DNA of 64,000 nucleotides from Heptranchias perlo. Lineage: Eukaryota. This document shows positions 49,616 to 62,914 of the stretch, in pieces. A program made the translations under genes and the position numbers. Under the pieces are notes generated by a model that was given only the letters and a program-made list of their open reading frames with translations, ran no database searches and was not told the DNA's origin. Every line of letters starts with the position of its first letter. Position 1 is the stretch's first letter. The stretch covers positions 14,694,001 to 14,758,000 of the forward strand of contig NC_090340.1 of assembly GCF_035084215.1 (NCBI RefSeq), given 5' to 3'.

Positions 49616-50797
49616 CTGAGGTGTCGTTTTAAAACCAAAATATAAAACCGTTGCATATAGAATTATCGAATGGAAGCAACAATAATTTGTTGATACAAAG
49701 TAATGGGGTCCATTAAATGGCTGGTTTAAACTGCACTCCATGGGGGTCGATTTTAACTTGCCGACATCGGGGTTGACAGCGAAATTAGTGGCTCAAAATG
49801 GGCTCGGTAAACTACCACACCGACCACGGCGTCTTCCACTTTCACAGAGAGCCTATTGCTGGGGGCTAGTGCCTGTTTGTTTCAGGTAGCAGGACCTTCT
49901 TCATATCTGAAACGGATGTGCAAAGGAATCCGATTGCCGTTTTAAGATCGAACTGGTGTGCCCTGCACTCTCTGGCCAGTTTTACTAGAGATAGATATAA
50001 AGAGGACTTGAATAGTTAAGTTTTAAATTATTTTTAAATGCCAGGACGAGTGTCAATATAAGTCCCACAAAAAATAACCTGTGCCGCTGCAACCCGGGCT
50101 TCCCAATCCGGGATCGCCAGAGCCCGATTTACGTTGCTGGGCACCCGACGGTCTCCGGGCCTCCCTGCGCCCGGCATCGGAACGCCGGATCTGCGTTAAC
50201 ATTCCTGATTTTCACTTAAGTTGCCTGGGGTCGACTCCCCACATGGGAGTCTGGTTCTAACTGGCACAGGGGTCCTGCAAATTGTCCCCTTCTGAACTGT
50301 AATTTCGACGATTCCTTAATTTTACTCCAAAATCTGCAGTGAGGGAAACTGTTATATATTCGTCAAAAGAGTCCAAAGCCGTAGTGGTAGCCAGAATAGA
50401 TATGCTCACCAATCCACAAGAACCTGAGGAGGGCCGTGTCTCAGTGGATGAAGGCCATCCAGGTAATAGTTTACTTACATTTTTGGAGAATACTTGCGAA
50501 AGTTTTTTTTCCCGTGAGGCTTTGAAGGAAATTCAGGCTCATGAAATTCAGGGGAAGTTGGAAAGTGATAAATGGACAAGGCTCTGTCTGGGGAGCAGTA
50601 GAGTTCTACCCGTTCCATTCTATGCTATCTGGTCTATTGATCAATAAATACAGAGGAATCACTTCTAGTAATAGCCCTAGATTTTCTGATGTCTTCAATG
50701 TATGGATAGGTAAGAAGTAATTTAATAATACCCAAAGCAATCTGGGTCATTTGAGGAAATGCCCCTGAAAGATGCTGGGTGCAGTTCTACACATAAC

Positions 50798-51112
50798 CTG
50801 TCCCAATTTTATCTTGATCAGCGGTGTAGATGATACTGGCGTGCACCAGCAGAGAGACATGAGATACGAGACAAGTATAAACAACCCCTCTCCGGGCAGG
50901 CTGCGCTTCTTCCATAAAAAAACTGGAAACCTCGTATAGCCCCTCCACTCTCCTGTTTTTCACAGTTTCTCTTCCAGTCAGAATTTCGACGCCACCTCTT
51001 CGCCAGGAGATTCCTAAGTGTTCCGGGCAAAAGGCAGCCTTTTTATGCTCGAGTTTCAGAGAAGTCGGTGAAATCCCTTCAATAGGATCGATTTTCAGGG
51101 GGCTTGGGGAAA
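50798..51112 (-). pseudogene. Copy E: degenerate C1 exon
   Basis: PSPLKI...LKLEHKKAAFCPE..ISWRRGG...EGLYEVSS...YTCLVSHVSL. The first Cys is lost and there is no AG at the expected acceptor (ttttctgacaa). Confidence 0.8.
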
Positions 51113-51187
51113 TTTTGTCAGAAAACATTGTTAGTATTAGTCTCCGTGTATTTATTACTGAAAAATTTGGTAATATCGCAATCTTAC

Positions 51188-51519
51188 CTTAAACTAGAAA
51201 TGCTTGGGTGCAAATTTATCATTTCTGAACATCAAAGTTTGTACATGATCACTACAGTCGAATAGCCAAGTTTCGCGAGACGCATTCACGGGAACGAAAC
51301 GACGGGAAAGTGAATTTTCTATCGCCGGCGGTTATCAGATTTTAGGTGGTGTACAAATTTGATGATGTCTCTGGGCAATTTCGTAAATACTGGTGTTGTA
51401 CATAAATATAGTGCGGTGCCTGAAAAAGGCCGGGTTGGAATCTCAATGCAGCACAATTACCAGAAACCGCTTTCTCTGCCTGGGTGAAATCCTCCGACAC
51501 TGACCCAGTTGGATAAACA
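51188..51519 (-). pseudogene. Copy E: probable heavily degenerate V exon
   Basis: A 332-bp segment bounded by tgcag and gtaag just upstream of the C1 exon. It retains traces DNRRR, VNAS..WLFDC and TQAFLV in shifting frames. Confidence 0.4.
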
Positions 51520-53014
51520 CTGCACGTAGGATTTGGGGAATTCATGAAAATTAGTTTTCCTACCACGCAATATTCTTCCCCGAAATGAAATCCACAAGCT
51601 TACATTTTTTTTAAACCTGGAGAGAAATTAAAGCATTTCGATATTTTTAAACAAATATGAGTCGACATTCAGCCCAGCAATTACAATAACGCCACAAAAT
51701 ATGGCATAAGTATTACGATTGACTACCCTTGATCCAACATAATTGCTCACTCTTGATCTTTGAACCCAGCACAAAAGCTGTGTCTTGGACAACTAAACGG
51801 AACGAAATCTATCTCTTCACTTTCTATTCCAATACCCTCCCTAACCCTTGCGGAATCTGTGGCAATGTTCTATCTTCCCTATATTACAACACGCAGAACC
51901 TATTCGCCCAGTGAAAATATGTAGGTGACTACTTTGACCGCAAGTCAAGACAATTTGGGACACAAATTTGGGTTGGCAGTTCGAAGCGGGTGATATCGAA
52001 TTGGCATCTCGTTTTTCATTCCGCTCGATGGACCTCAGTGGAGAAGGAAACCGGGCGGCTTGTAAAACGGACTGCCGATTAATTATTAGTTCCCGCACAA
52101 GACGGATTTATATCCCAATGCCACTTTGCTGTGAACAATGTCAACAGAATTATTCTGGGGAAACACCGTGAAGATTTCACCTCGAGCATTAATCCCAACA
52201 AACATATCAATACTTAGACCCCCGCTCCGGCTATGGCATCAAGCATCGGCCCCCAAAATGTAGAGACCTTTGGAAAACGCCTCAAAATATTAATAAGGGG
52301 CGCCATGTTCTGGGTCCGGGCGTAAATAACTGCCGACTGATGCTTAGTCCAACATAACCATTCAATGCTAGAGCTGATTGAATCTGTGAAGGAACTTCAG
52401 CTAAATCAACCTTACATCCACAATGCTGGATATTTGAGGCCAATTTTTTGGCCAGTTAACGTCTGTTAATTGAAGTCCAAGATCTATGTTCCAGAAATTT
52501 GGGATTCTGTAAATTAGACAGTTTCCCTACTTTATAGAAACAATCTGAATTTTGTCTCCATCGTTCGGTGGAGTTGGAATTATATTTATCAACTCTCTCA
52601 GTGTTTACTCTGAAAGGAAAGCTTATGCCACATTTCCAGTTGGTGAATCTGAGCCCATAGGAAGGACATCTTCACTGTGCTCTCTATTTTTTTCTGAAGC
52701 ATGGCTAATTAAATGCCCTCATATCACTTCCTTGAGCGCTTTATGCATGGATGCCCCAAAAACCAAGGAACCATCTTCTACCGTGTGTGTTTATTGATTA
52801 CTGTCTCCAGCATTAATATGAAAGTCAAGTCGAACATGAATTCGTGGTTTTTTCTTCACTGTTGAAATGTCTTGTTCTGTGAGGGTGATTGGAGTGTGAT
52901 GGGAGGCCACTTTTCCGTCAATACTTGTACCGTGCCATGACCTATTTCCTGTGACAATGAAGCAGGACTAGTAGCTGACCTGAACGTAGTAGTCTCATCC
53001 AGTCGGTGACCTGA

Positions 53015-53400
53015 TAAAAGTCTTTAACATGATGATAGAGATTGAGAGGGTAGACTCGAGAAAATGTTTTCACCTGTGGATGAGTCCAAAACTAGAGGTC
53101 ATCAATATAAAATAGTCGCTAATAAATCCAATAGGTAATTCAGGAGGAACTTATTTACCCGAAGAGTGGTAAGAATGTGGAACGCGCTAATACAAGGAAT
53201 AGTTGAGGCAAATAGCACAGATGCATTTAAGGGGAAACTAGACAAGCACGTGATGGAGAAAGGAATAGAACGGTATCCTGATAGGTTTAGTTGAAGTAAG
53301 GAGGGAAGAGGCTCGTGTGGAGCATAAACGCTGGCATTGACCATTTGGGCCCAATGGTCTGTTTCTGCGCTGTAGTTTCGTTGTATTTAGATGTAATTTT
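53015..53400 (+). mobile_element. CR1 3' fragment
   Basis: Typical CR1 terminal coding sequence and 3' UTR (FRRNLFTRRVVRMWNAL). Confidence 0.75.
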
Positions 53401-53688
53401 TAACAAACCTAATTTTCATTTTGTAGTTTTTTACCATCAACAGCAGCAATGTTCCGCGTGCTAAATATGTTTCCTAATGACGATTTTAGGCACTGAAGAT
53501 GGACAAATGCTTTTATAAGTTAGATTTAAAGTGTTCTGACATATTTATGATACAATCTCTTCATTGTAACATATTTTCACATTTGAACCTTCTGCCTGGA
53601 TCAATGATATAAGCGTGTCAGTTACCTACCGGTCCCATTGGACTTCCCCGGGATTCATGGAATTTAGTTCAGCAAATAATTGGAATGT

Positions 53689-54287
53689 TTACTCAGTTTC
53701 CGTGTCCGTGATTTCAAAGACATTTCTAGTGTCAGTGGAAACCCTTGCATCATTCTCAATATCACAATTATCCGATAGCGTTCGGAAGCCCAGCCCCTGT
53801 AACTACCTGCAATCGAGTGCAGCCATTCCGGACTTCACTCAAACTAGTTCCAGCTCGCAATAGACTGATATTAAATGTGACGACCTACAAATGCAAATTT
53901 CAGATACCAACTACTCTAAAATGGGCATTTCTGCTTTCAATACACAGATATTCTGACCCATTTATTATATGATTCTGTGAGGATTGCTGCACTTCAAAAT
54001 GTCTTACTTATTGCTGTTTGCTGCAATCAGCAATCGCTGTGCCTGTGGCCCCGGACAACGCTGTTTTCAGTTTTCAGTGATACGCCCGTTCTTCTCTCTG
54101 TGTTTCACCCTGGACCCTTTCGTTTTCACTCTGAAGTGTTGTAAAAGAAGCAACACCAAAGGTAAAATTATGCTTCATCACATATTAAAGCGGAATCGCG
54201 TACCGGTGATGATCCTAATCACTGGAAATGCCGATCTAGAAAATGCACACTCACAAACGCTGATGTAAGAAATCATACCGCCACAAT
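53689..54287 (-). pseudogene. IgSF receptor copy F: degenerate TM exon (54178-54287) and terminal exon (53689-53884)
   Basis: tcttgcag|DCGGMISYISVCECAFSRSAFPVIRII aligns with the copy B TM exon. ttgtag|...TLSDNCDIENDARVSTDTRNVFEITDTETE* aligns with 12720-12812 and 24650-24740. Confidence 0.65.
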
Positions 54288-55166
54288 CTGCAAGACATTT
54301 TCCGTTATTTCGCGAGCTATTTCTGGCCCAATAATCTGTCTCACCAGCGTCCAAATCCAGCTCCCGTTGCCTATTCGTGGGTGAACAATCCAAAGTTTGG
54401 TGAAATCTGCTTGTGAATTTTGGGAATAATCCATATCCAAAGATAAAAAGCGATTTCGCAATAAATGCTTGGCTGCCACTCAATTTTCACCATAGTAGCT
54501 TTTCGGGAATTTCCTGCTTAAATCCACCGCACATATTTTGTTTAACTTATTTTGTAGTCCAGTTCTGATTGAATTGTATGGAATCCATGGATCAACACGA
54601 GAATCACATTGCTCTTGCATAGCATCACATCGGGAAATCTATAATTCATAATTCCATCCAGTCTTGCAGATTACGGCACTGTGTAAGACACGCGTTCCAT
54701 AAAGCATGGTTTAATCCTTTGTGGTCAGTTTCTATATTTACTACTTTAAATAATACATTTCCAGTGTCTTGCCGTGGCTTGCTGCCTCTTTATATTCCCT
54801 TACGTTTAAGTGAAAGTATTATTGCTTTTAGTCTGACGATGTGCCCTTTGGAGAAAACGAGACAATGGAGTGGGTATCCTGCATAATCTTCATTGCACCA
54901 TACTGCATTTGGCGGGTAATTGTTAACCCCTACGCCCTTGTGGCACAATGACAATGCAGGTTTCTTTTCATATGAGACTTCTTCCTGCTTATGCAACCAA
55001 CGTTTCTGTAGTGCCCTAAAGTTACAAGTCTTGAAAGTTCAGTCTGTTACAATCTATTTCCTGAATTGGCAGCCACATGCCCAACGTCACTGCGTCACAA
55101 TTCGTATTACACAGTTCGCAACCACCTTTTCATTACCAAAATCATGCACATTGCGGCGAGCTCAGA

Positions 55167-55843
55167 ATGTTGACGAGTTTTGTTTTTTCTCCGAGAGATC
55201 ATTTACACAGGTACCTACAATTCGATAACCCAGCTGCCTCGATAAACAAAAACACGTGAAATGATTTCCTCTGAAATACAATGAAATTTAAATCTCTGCC
55301 AATTTTGCTTCTTTCTTTTTTTCATCTCTACGTCGTGTCTATTACAATTAACCAAACTTTGAATGTATTTCCTGATAAACGCTTCTAGTATTTCGATCAG
55401 TCAATTAACTTCTTGAACAACCAATTATTTTCAGAGTGACACACATCACCTTCGATTGCATATTCTACTCAATATAAATCCAGTGCGATTTAGTTCATCT
55501 TTGCGATTCTTCTTTATCTCTTTCATTTGCAGGTAGAACTGTGCTCTCAAGTGTCTGGTTCTGCGTCCAATGCAATTAGCCAAACTTTGCATGTATTTTC
55601 TAACATCTGCGGCGCAGATTTTTCGATCTGAGTGGCTCGAATTCCCGAACAGGTGATGGCATTCAGAGGGACACACATTATCTTCGACTGTGTAATCTCC
55701 TTCTTTCAGGTCAACTCTTGGACAGAAGTGCTTTGGTGGAAACAGGTTGAGAATGATTACCTGCAAAGTGAAACGAATAGCAGAAAATGATTTGGTTTGA
55801 AAATTAAAGGAAGCGGTTTCCTTCAGTTGCTGAACGCGACTTT
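55167..55843 (+). pseudogene. IgSF receptor copy D: frameshifted leader (55167-55210) and truncated V exon (55607-55843)
   Basis: PEQVMAFRGTHIIFDCVIS...EVLWWKQVENDYLQSETNSRK*FGLKIKGSGFLQLLNAT. Acceptor AG is changed to AT, CGA has become a TGA stop at 55788, and a CR1 insertion follows. Not shown in the ORF track. Confidence 0.85.
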
Positions 55844-55847
55844 AAGA

Positions 55848-56266
55848 TAAGAACCATAAGAAATAAGAGCAAGAGTGGGATATGCGGCCCCTCGAGCCTC
55901 CTCTTCCATTCAATAAGATCAGGGCTGATCTTCTACCTCAACTCCACTTTCCCACCCGGTACCCATATCCCTCGATTCCATTAGTGTCCAAAAATCAATC
56001 GATCTCAGTCTTGAATATACTCAAGGACTGAGCATCCACAGCTCTCTGGGGTACCAAATATTCACAACTCTCTGATTGAAGACATTTTCCCTCATCTCGG
56101 TCCGAAATGGCCGACCCTTTATCTTGAGGCTATGACTACAAGTTCTAGACTCTCCAGCCAGGGGAAACAGCGTCTCAGTATCTACCCTGTCAAGCCCTTT
56201 AAGAATGTTATAAGTTTCAATGAGATCACCTCTCATTCTTCGAAACTCCAGAGATTATAGGCCCAT
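55848..56266 (-). mobile_element. CR1 3' fragment inserted in the copy D V exon
   Basis: MRGDLIETYNIL. Apparent TSD TTTAAGA at 55841-55847 and 56267-56273. Confidence 0.85.
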
Positions 56267-58504
56267 TTTAAGACGCAGCCAAACTGCCAGATTTTCAGTT
56301 TTTATGTTACATTTCAGTATTCCCTGTTATCTCTCTTGTCTACTGATATCGCTTCAGAGATGCTATATATATCATAGCGGAACTAAAGGAGCCTGCCTTT
56401 GGCTTAGTGGTAGCATACCTACTTGTGAGTCATCAGGTGCACGGTTCAACCTCTACTGCAGACCGCCGTGGCCAGTGGAGACTAGAACTCCAGCTCTGAG
56501 TTCACATCCAACGCGATACAGACTCCCAGTGGGTGAGGGTGGCCAGTGTATAGCTTGTGCCAGCAAATTTCCTGCCGTATAGGGCGAACCATTCTATTGG
56601 CTGGTATAACGATTGTTATAACCATGAAAGGAACGCCCTGTGAACTTGCAAATCCTTCCCTTATTTCACACTATTCACCAAGGAAAAATATAAAAACAAC
56701 GACCGGAACTAACGTCACGGCAGAAGCATAATCAGTGGCTCCACTTGATTGGAATATTCTAATTTGAACTATAACTGAGCTAAAGTATTGTCAATGGAAA
56801 TAAAATTGGGGAGAGATGTAAAACCGGTTGCCGATTCGCAATCACCCGTTTTACATTATCGCACAAAATCAAAATCTACCCCAATGAGTTAGGAAACCGT
56901 CCTTTCATGTCTGAGAACCAGTTTTCAATCCCCAATCGATAAAAAATTGGAATCTCATTGTTCTTGCGATTGTTAAATACGTTTTAACAGTTGTAAGCCT
57001 GAATCCAGTGAACTTGAGCCCACAGCAGAAAATTTTCCCTAAATTCTGAATCTCGCTTTGTGAGATAAGACCGGAGGCTATTGTGGAAACTTTTATCCTG
57101 CTCCAGTCCTCCTCGCAGTTCATTATTAAACGATACTATTCGAACAGCGTAGAGGGATCCCGCAACTAACTTGTACGGCACGACCTATTTTTTCGAAAGC
57201 CGTTTTGTGAATTTCTCATGACCCCTTCCCTTTTCCAGTGATTATAAAGGTCATCTCTTAAAATCCCTTCTAGTGTCTCCCCAAAATGGATGTAAGGCTT
57301 CGATTTGTCCCATTTTTTGAAATTAGGATTGGGTTTGGAACAGCGCGGTAAATAACTCTTCACAACAAACGGAATTACTGGAAATGGTACACGGCAATGA
57401 GTAATTTAAAATATATAACTTTCAGAAAAACATGTGTTACTGAGAGATTACACAATTATATTATTGGACAGTGAGAGTTTCTCTTTGGATGTGAACCCAA
57501 TTTTAAAGTTCACAGCTTACAGGGTTATAAGGTCGATTTAATTTTTTTATTATGAATTGTAAAATGTTTCGTCATTTCATCTTGCATCATTGTGAGTAGG
57601 CAACATGGGTGTCAAGAGGACGTTAGGGCTTCAATTATATTACAAACTATACGCATTGTATTTACGTCGCTGTAGCCCCAGCCAGCCCAATACAGCGTGT
57701 TGTCAGGTATTTAAGTTATCTAATCGACGCATTTATATAATTTTTAAACGAGATCAGCACCATTTACAACTCAGAACTTCTCAACGTCAAATGGCGATAA
57801 AGATGAAGAGCTCCAAACCAGTCAATAAGAATGTCCATGTACATTTCAACAGAAACTGAAATTGAGACAACTTATCACTCGGGGACGATTACATCATGTC
57901 ATTAACAAGTCAGCTTCCATTCATCGAACGAACTGTTTCTCACACGAAACCGGTGAATAAATTCCTTGAAGTAACTTGTGTTATTCATGTTAATGAGACA
58001 ATAAAACTTATGTATAACGACAATTGAAATAGAACAAAATGCAGCTACGCCCATCAAAAGTCCTAGTTTTCTCCCTTCCTCAACTTGATCAGCCGGTGGC
58101 GAGTGGTCCACACTCGGCGCGCACAATCTACGCTCCAAATCAGTATTCCATTTGTAAAAGCCAGTTGAAACTAGCATTTCTATCGCCCCAAAATGCATAA
58201 GCAATTCCAACTGATTCTATCCCCCACTTTTGTTGTAAAATTAGCCTATAATCTGTTAATTAAATATTCCACGATTAAGGAGAGAAATTAAGGGGGTTAT
58301 TCAATTCGTCTCAAATGCAACTTTTGGGAATAGAATAGCATATTGGTGTCCTTTAGCTTACACTCTCGCTAAAGCCAATGGAAACAAAAATCGGGAGAGA
58401 TGTAAGACGGGCTGCCGATTCGCTACCGCCCGTTTTACGTTCTCGCATGAAGTCAAAATTACCCTCCTGGTGCGTTACATGCAAGAAAGAAAGGGCTGAG
58501 AAGG

Positions 58505-60115
58505 CATTTTTGGACAGTGCAGCGCTCACACAGAGCACCGAAGTCGTAGTCTATATTATGTGCTGAAGTCTCTAGACTGGAACTTGAACCCACAATCTTC
58601 CAAAATTCTATAAATTCTGGAACGGTTCTGCAGATTGGAGGTTAGCAAATGTAACCCCACTATTTAAAAAAGGAGAGAGAAAACAGGAAACTACAGACGT
58701 GTCAGCCTGACATCAATAGTCGGGAAAATGCTAGAATCTGTTATGAAGGATGTGATAACAGGACACTGAGAAAATAATAATAGCATTTGGCAGAGTCAAC
58801 ATGGATTTATACAAGGGAAATCATGTTTGATAAATCTATTGGAGTTCTTTGAGGATGTAACTTTTAGAATAGATAAGGAGGAACCAATGGATGTGGTGTA
58901 TTTGGACTTTCAGAAGGCTTTCGATACGTTCCTGCACAGGAGGTTGGTGAACACAGTTCGAGCACATGGAATTGGGCGTAATATACTGGCATGGATTGAG
59001 ACTGGGTTAGCAGACAGAAAACAGAGAGTAGGAATAAACTGGTCTTTTTCAGGTTGGCAGACTGTGTCTAGTGGGGTACCGCAGGGATCGGTGCTTGGGC
59101 CCCAGCTATTTGCAATCTGTATCAATGATTTGGATGAGGGGAACAAATGTAATATTACCAAGTTTGCTGATGACACAAAACTGGTTGGGAATGTGAGTTG
59201 TGAGGAGGATGTAAAGAGGCTTCAAGGGGATATAGACAGGCTAAGTGAGTGGGCAAGAACATGGCAGATGGAATATAATGTGGAAAATGTGAAGTTATCC
59301 ACTTTGGTAGGAGAAACAAAAATGCAGAGTATTTTTTAAATGGTAAGATATTGGAAAATGTTGATGTTCAAAGGGACCTGGGTGTCCCTGGACATGAGTC
59401 ACTGAAAGCTAACATGCAGGTTCAGCGAGCAATTCGGAAGGCAAATGGTATGTTGGTCATCATTACAAGAGGATTTGAGTACAGGAATAAAGATGTCGTA
59501 CTGCAATTATATAGGGCCTTAGTCAGACCGCACCTGGAGTATTGTGTCCAATTTTGGTCTCCTTACCTAAGAAAGGATATACTTGCCATGCAGGGACCGC
59601 AACGAAGGTTCACCAGACTGATTCCTGGGATGGCGGTTTTGTTGTATGAGGAGAGATTGAGTAGACAGGCCTGTATTCTCTAGGGTTTAGAAGAATGAGA
59701 GGTGATCTCATTGAAACATACAAAATTCTTACAGGGCTCAACATGGTCGAAGCAAGGAGAATGTATCCCCTGGCTGGGGAATCTAGAACCAGTAGTCACA
59801 GTCTCAGAATAAAGGGAAGGCCATTTAGGACTGAGATGAGGAGATATTTCTTCACTCAGAGGGTGGTGAACCTTTGGAATTCTCTACTCCAGAGGGCTGT
59901 GGAGGCTCAATCATTGAGTACATTCAAAACAGAGATCAAATGCATCAAGGGATATGGTGATGGTGCCGGAAAATTGCTTTGAGGTAGAAGATCAGCCACG
60001 ATCTTGTTGAATGGCGGAGCAGGATCGAGGGGCTGAACGGCCTACTCCTGCTCCTATTTCGTATGTTCTTATGTTCTGACTCGGATGCAAGAGTGCTACC
60101 AATGAGCCTCCATGG
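58505..60115 (-). mobile_element. Deu-SINE 5' part split by a CR1 insertion (58505-58600 and 60075-60115)
   Basis: The two halves join to give the same head as 49130-49248 (cttgaacccacaatcttc|tgactc...tgctacc). Confidence 0.6.
58598..60074 (+). mobile_element. 5'-truncated CR1 LINE
   Basis: YLDFQKAFD, GVPQGSVLGP, FADDTKL, RPHLEYCVQFWSP and a 3' tail. Confidence 0.93.
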
Positions 60116-60609
60116 AGACCTAACATCACTCTTGTTGAATATTGTATCCTCAAACTTACTTTAATCACCACCATGGGAGATCCAAATATTAGCAAATTTG
60201 CAATGGCGAGAAAGAGGTTCTACAGCTGTGTACCAAGGTGGGTTTCTAGGATTTGTAAGTGGAAGCAGTGCACAACTCGACTGAAATAATTTGGAAACCT
60301 GTTTAGAAGGAACAGAATTTAAGAATATGGGTACTCGTTCCCAGCAGAACCTTAACTCTCATCCTGGTTATATCGATGGTGTGATCTTAATCTTCAGCTC
60401 CTCAAGTCCAAGAGGCGCACACTTGATTGCATCTTGCAAACAAGTGGCGCAGCCATTTAATGCCAAATCTCGCTGGACCAAATGAAGCTTTGCAGAGTAT
60501 AACTGCCCACTGCCACAACTGCCCACTACACTTGAATCGTCCTGGAGAGCAAAAGTCACCTATTGTTTCTTTCCTCTTCTACCAACGACCGGCTGAAACC
60601 CTACTCCCG

Positions 60610-61245
60610 TAACGACAAGTTCAAAGAAATCATGGATGCATTTGATATCAAATAGAGACCATCCACTCTACTGCATCTCCATTCCACTTTCGTGCCAAAC
60701 CAAACCTATCCTCCACGCCATTCCATATCTATGAGTCCTGTTTCTCTGGAGCTTCTCTCCTTTCTTCCCTCATGCACTCTCTATGCTCATCTCATTCACA
60801 CGAAACAATTCCTGCTCCATAGAACCTATTCGCACCATACCGTTGCCCACCTAACTTCCCTGTCAGGCGGTCATGAGAGCTAACATTGTAACTGTCTCAC
60901 TCTCCAAAGGGATTGTCCATCTTCGTTTGGAAACCGCTGTCATCAACCCCTCTCAAAAAATTTACCCTCGACCCCGCTCTCCTTGCAAACTACCACCCCT
61001 TCTCCAACCTCCCTGTCCTCCCTTAAAATCTCTTAGATATGTGCCCATCACCCCGTCTTAAACCTTCCATATCTCCAGCTGTCACTTCTCCTTTACAAAC
61101 CTCCTTCGAATCTGGTCTTTCAGAAAGCTTTAGGTGCTAATATCTCCTTTATTGGCTTTAACTCCTCCATTGTACTTGCCGCTCTGTGAACCACCTTTTT
61201 TCGTATTTCCACGTTAAAGGCACAATGTAAGTGCAAATTGAAGTT
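60610..61245 (+). mobile_element. Old L2-like LINE fragment
   Basis: Degenerate ETAVINP..K..LDPALLANYHPFSNLP across frames, followed by an L2-like 3' tail. Confidence 0.55.
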
Positions 61246-62689
61246 TTTATTGTTGCTGGGTTTTGTGGTTGAGGTGAGGTGGTGTGGGGGGTGTGGGGGT
61301 GCTGTTTTCTATTATTGCTTTCTCTATTGCCCATATCTGAGAAATGCCATCAGGGAACTTCAACGGAGATTGGCAATCTGAACCAATCTGAGAAGCATGA
61401 CGTGTTAATTTGTGGAGTGCTGGTATAATGCGAAGCTTTATCTACATTGTTTAAGTCTGGTGCGCCTGGATAGGGGCAATACGTGAGACTTTTAATTCCA
61501 TAGATTTTTTAATGTTCTTCTCTAGATCTTCTTTGAAGCGGATGCTCTTCAAACGGTGATAAAGCCTGCATTGGGCAGGAAGTCGAATGGGAAGAATGTT
61601 ACCTTTTACTGTTCTTAACTCGTTCTTCCGTCATGAGTGTTTTACTTGCAACTCATTCGGCGGCCAATTTATGTTTAACTAAGTAACATAACCACTATAA
61701 AGCCAATTTGCACGATTTTAATGTGGCAACCATTAATGCACTGAATTAATTTTGGACAGAATCCGAGCGCTGATAACAGGACAATAAAATTGCAGGTAAA
61801 GCCAGATTTCAAGGACACATCTGCAGCTTTATAATAGGATCCTACGCTGTGTGTTTTTTCAACATCGGAAAGTTAAAGAAATATAAAAATGAACAGTTGA
61901 TAACAAGGAAGCTCACGGTTTGCCACGTCTACTCTCTGCCCATGGAACGACGTTATAATGAAGGGTTTCCGACACCAGCATCAACACCCAGTCGCATGAC
62001 AACGCACAAAATCACGTGATCACTGATCTTTCAGCTTGTATATTTCTCATTTCGGATTGGTGTCAAGTCTTCTGAGGTATAAGACATTACAAAGCACAGC
62101 ATCAGTCTAAAATCACCTGACATGTTCAAGGAATTGTGAACTTTTAGTTAACAGTCTGCATACAGGAAACTGCCGTATTAATCAGTCCTTTTCTAACCAA
62201 CGTTTTTCAGTAAATATTGCTGCTTATTATTCACAGGCTGATTATGAACGACCTATGATAGTCCCTATTTTGTATTGATTTGGCATGTCAAGTATATTTT
62301 AGGTCACGTTAAAGTAGTGGGCAGAAAATGGCCAGTGTCCGCATCAACGTCTTGCGAAATTCACCTGAGAAGATCGCACTCGCACCTCCATTCCTGCATC
62401 TTAATCATCAGGAAACAACACTGACTGCACGAATTTTAGTAAATTCTGCACTTGGAAAGCAAATATTTAACCTTACTCTTTGCTGCCCGTGAGACATGTG
62501 AGTCCAATAGCCGAATAAGTGCAGAAATTTGCATATCGCACTGAACAAACGAATCATCTGTTCTAAAGCCGCAGTTTCAGGAGGTCAAACGACAATGCGA
62601 TGCATCTCATGAAAAACAAAGCACAAACCATTCTAAACAATGGCAAGCTCGTAATTAGTGCAGTGCGTCAGTTTAATCTGTTGCTCAGA

Positions 62690-62744
62690 ATGTCGGCCAG
62701 TATGGTGTTTCTGTCCTTGACGCTCCGGGGGATTATTTGCACAG
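62690..62744 (+). CDS. IgSF receptor copy C exon 1: leader MSASMVFLSLTLRGIICT
   Basis: Homologous to the copy B leader, with an intact phase-1 donor cag|gtacc. Confidence 0.75.
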
Positions 62745-62914
62745 GTACCTCTTTATTCACAAGAACAGCTACTTCAATTTATAAAAAGATTCCGAAGTCG
62801 TTTCCACATAAATGCAATGATCGTAATTCCTCTATCTAGATTCATTTTCTCTCTCTTCCAACTCCATGTCGTATCTAATGCAATTAACACGGACTTGACT
62901 ATATTTTCTGACAG

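Noticed and set aside
56390-56465. tRNA-like A and B boxes
   Set aside because: Degenerate SINE head with no cloverleaf, so not a tRNA gene.
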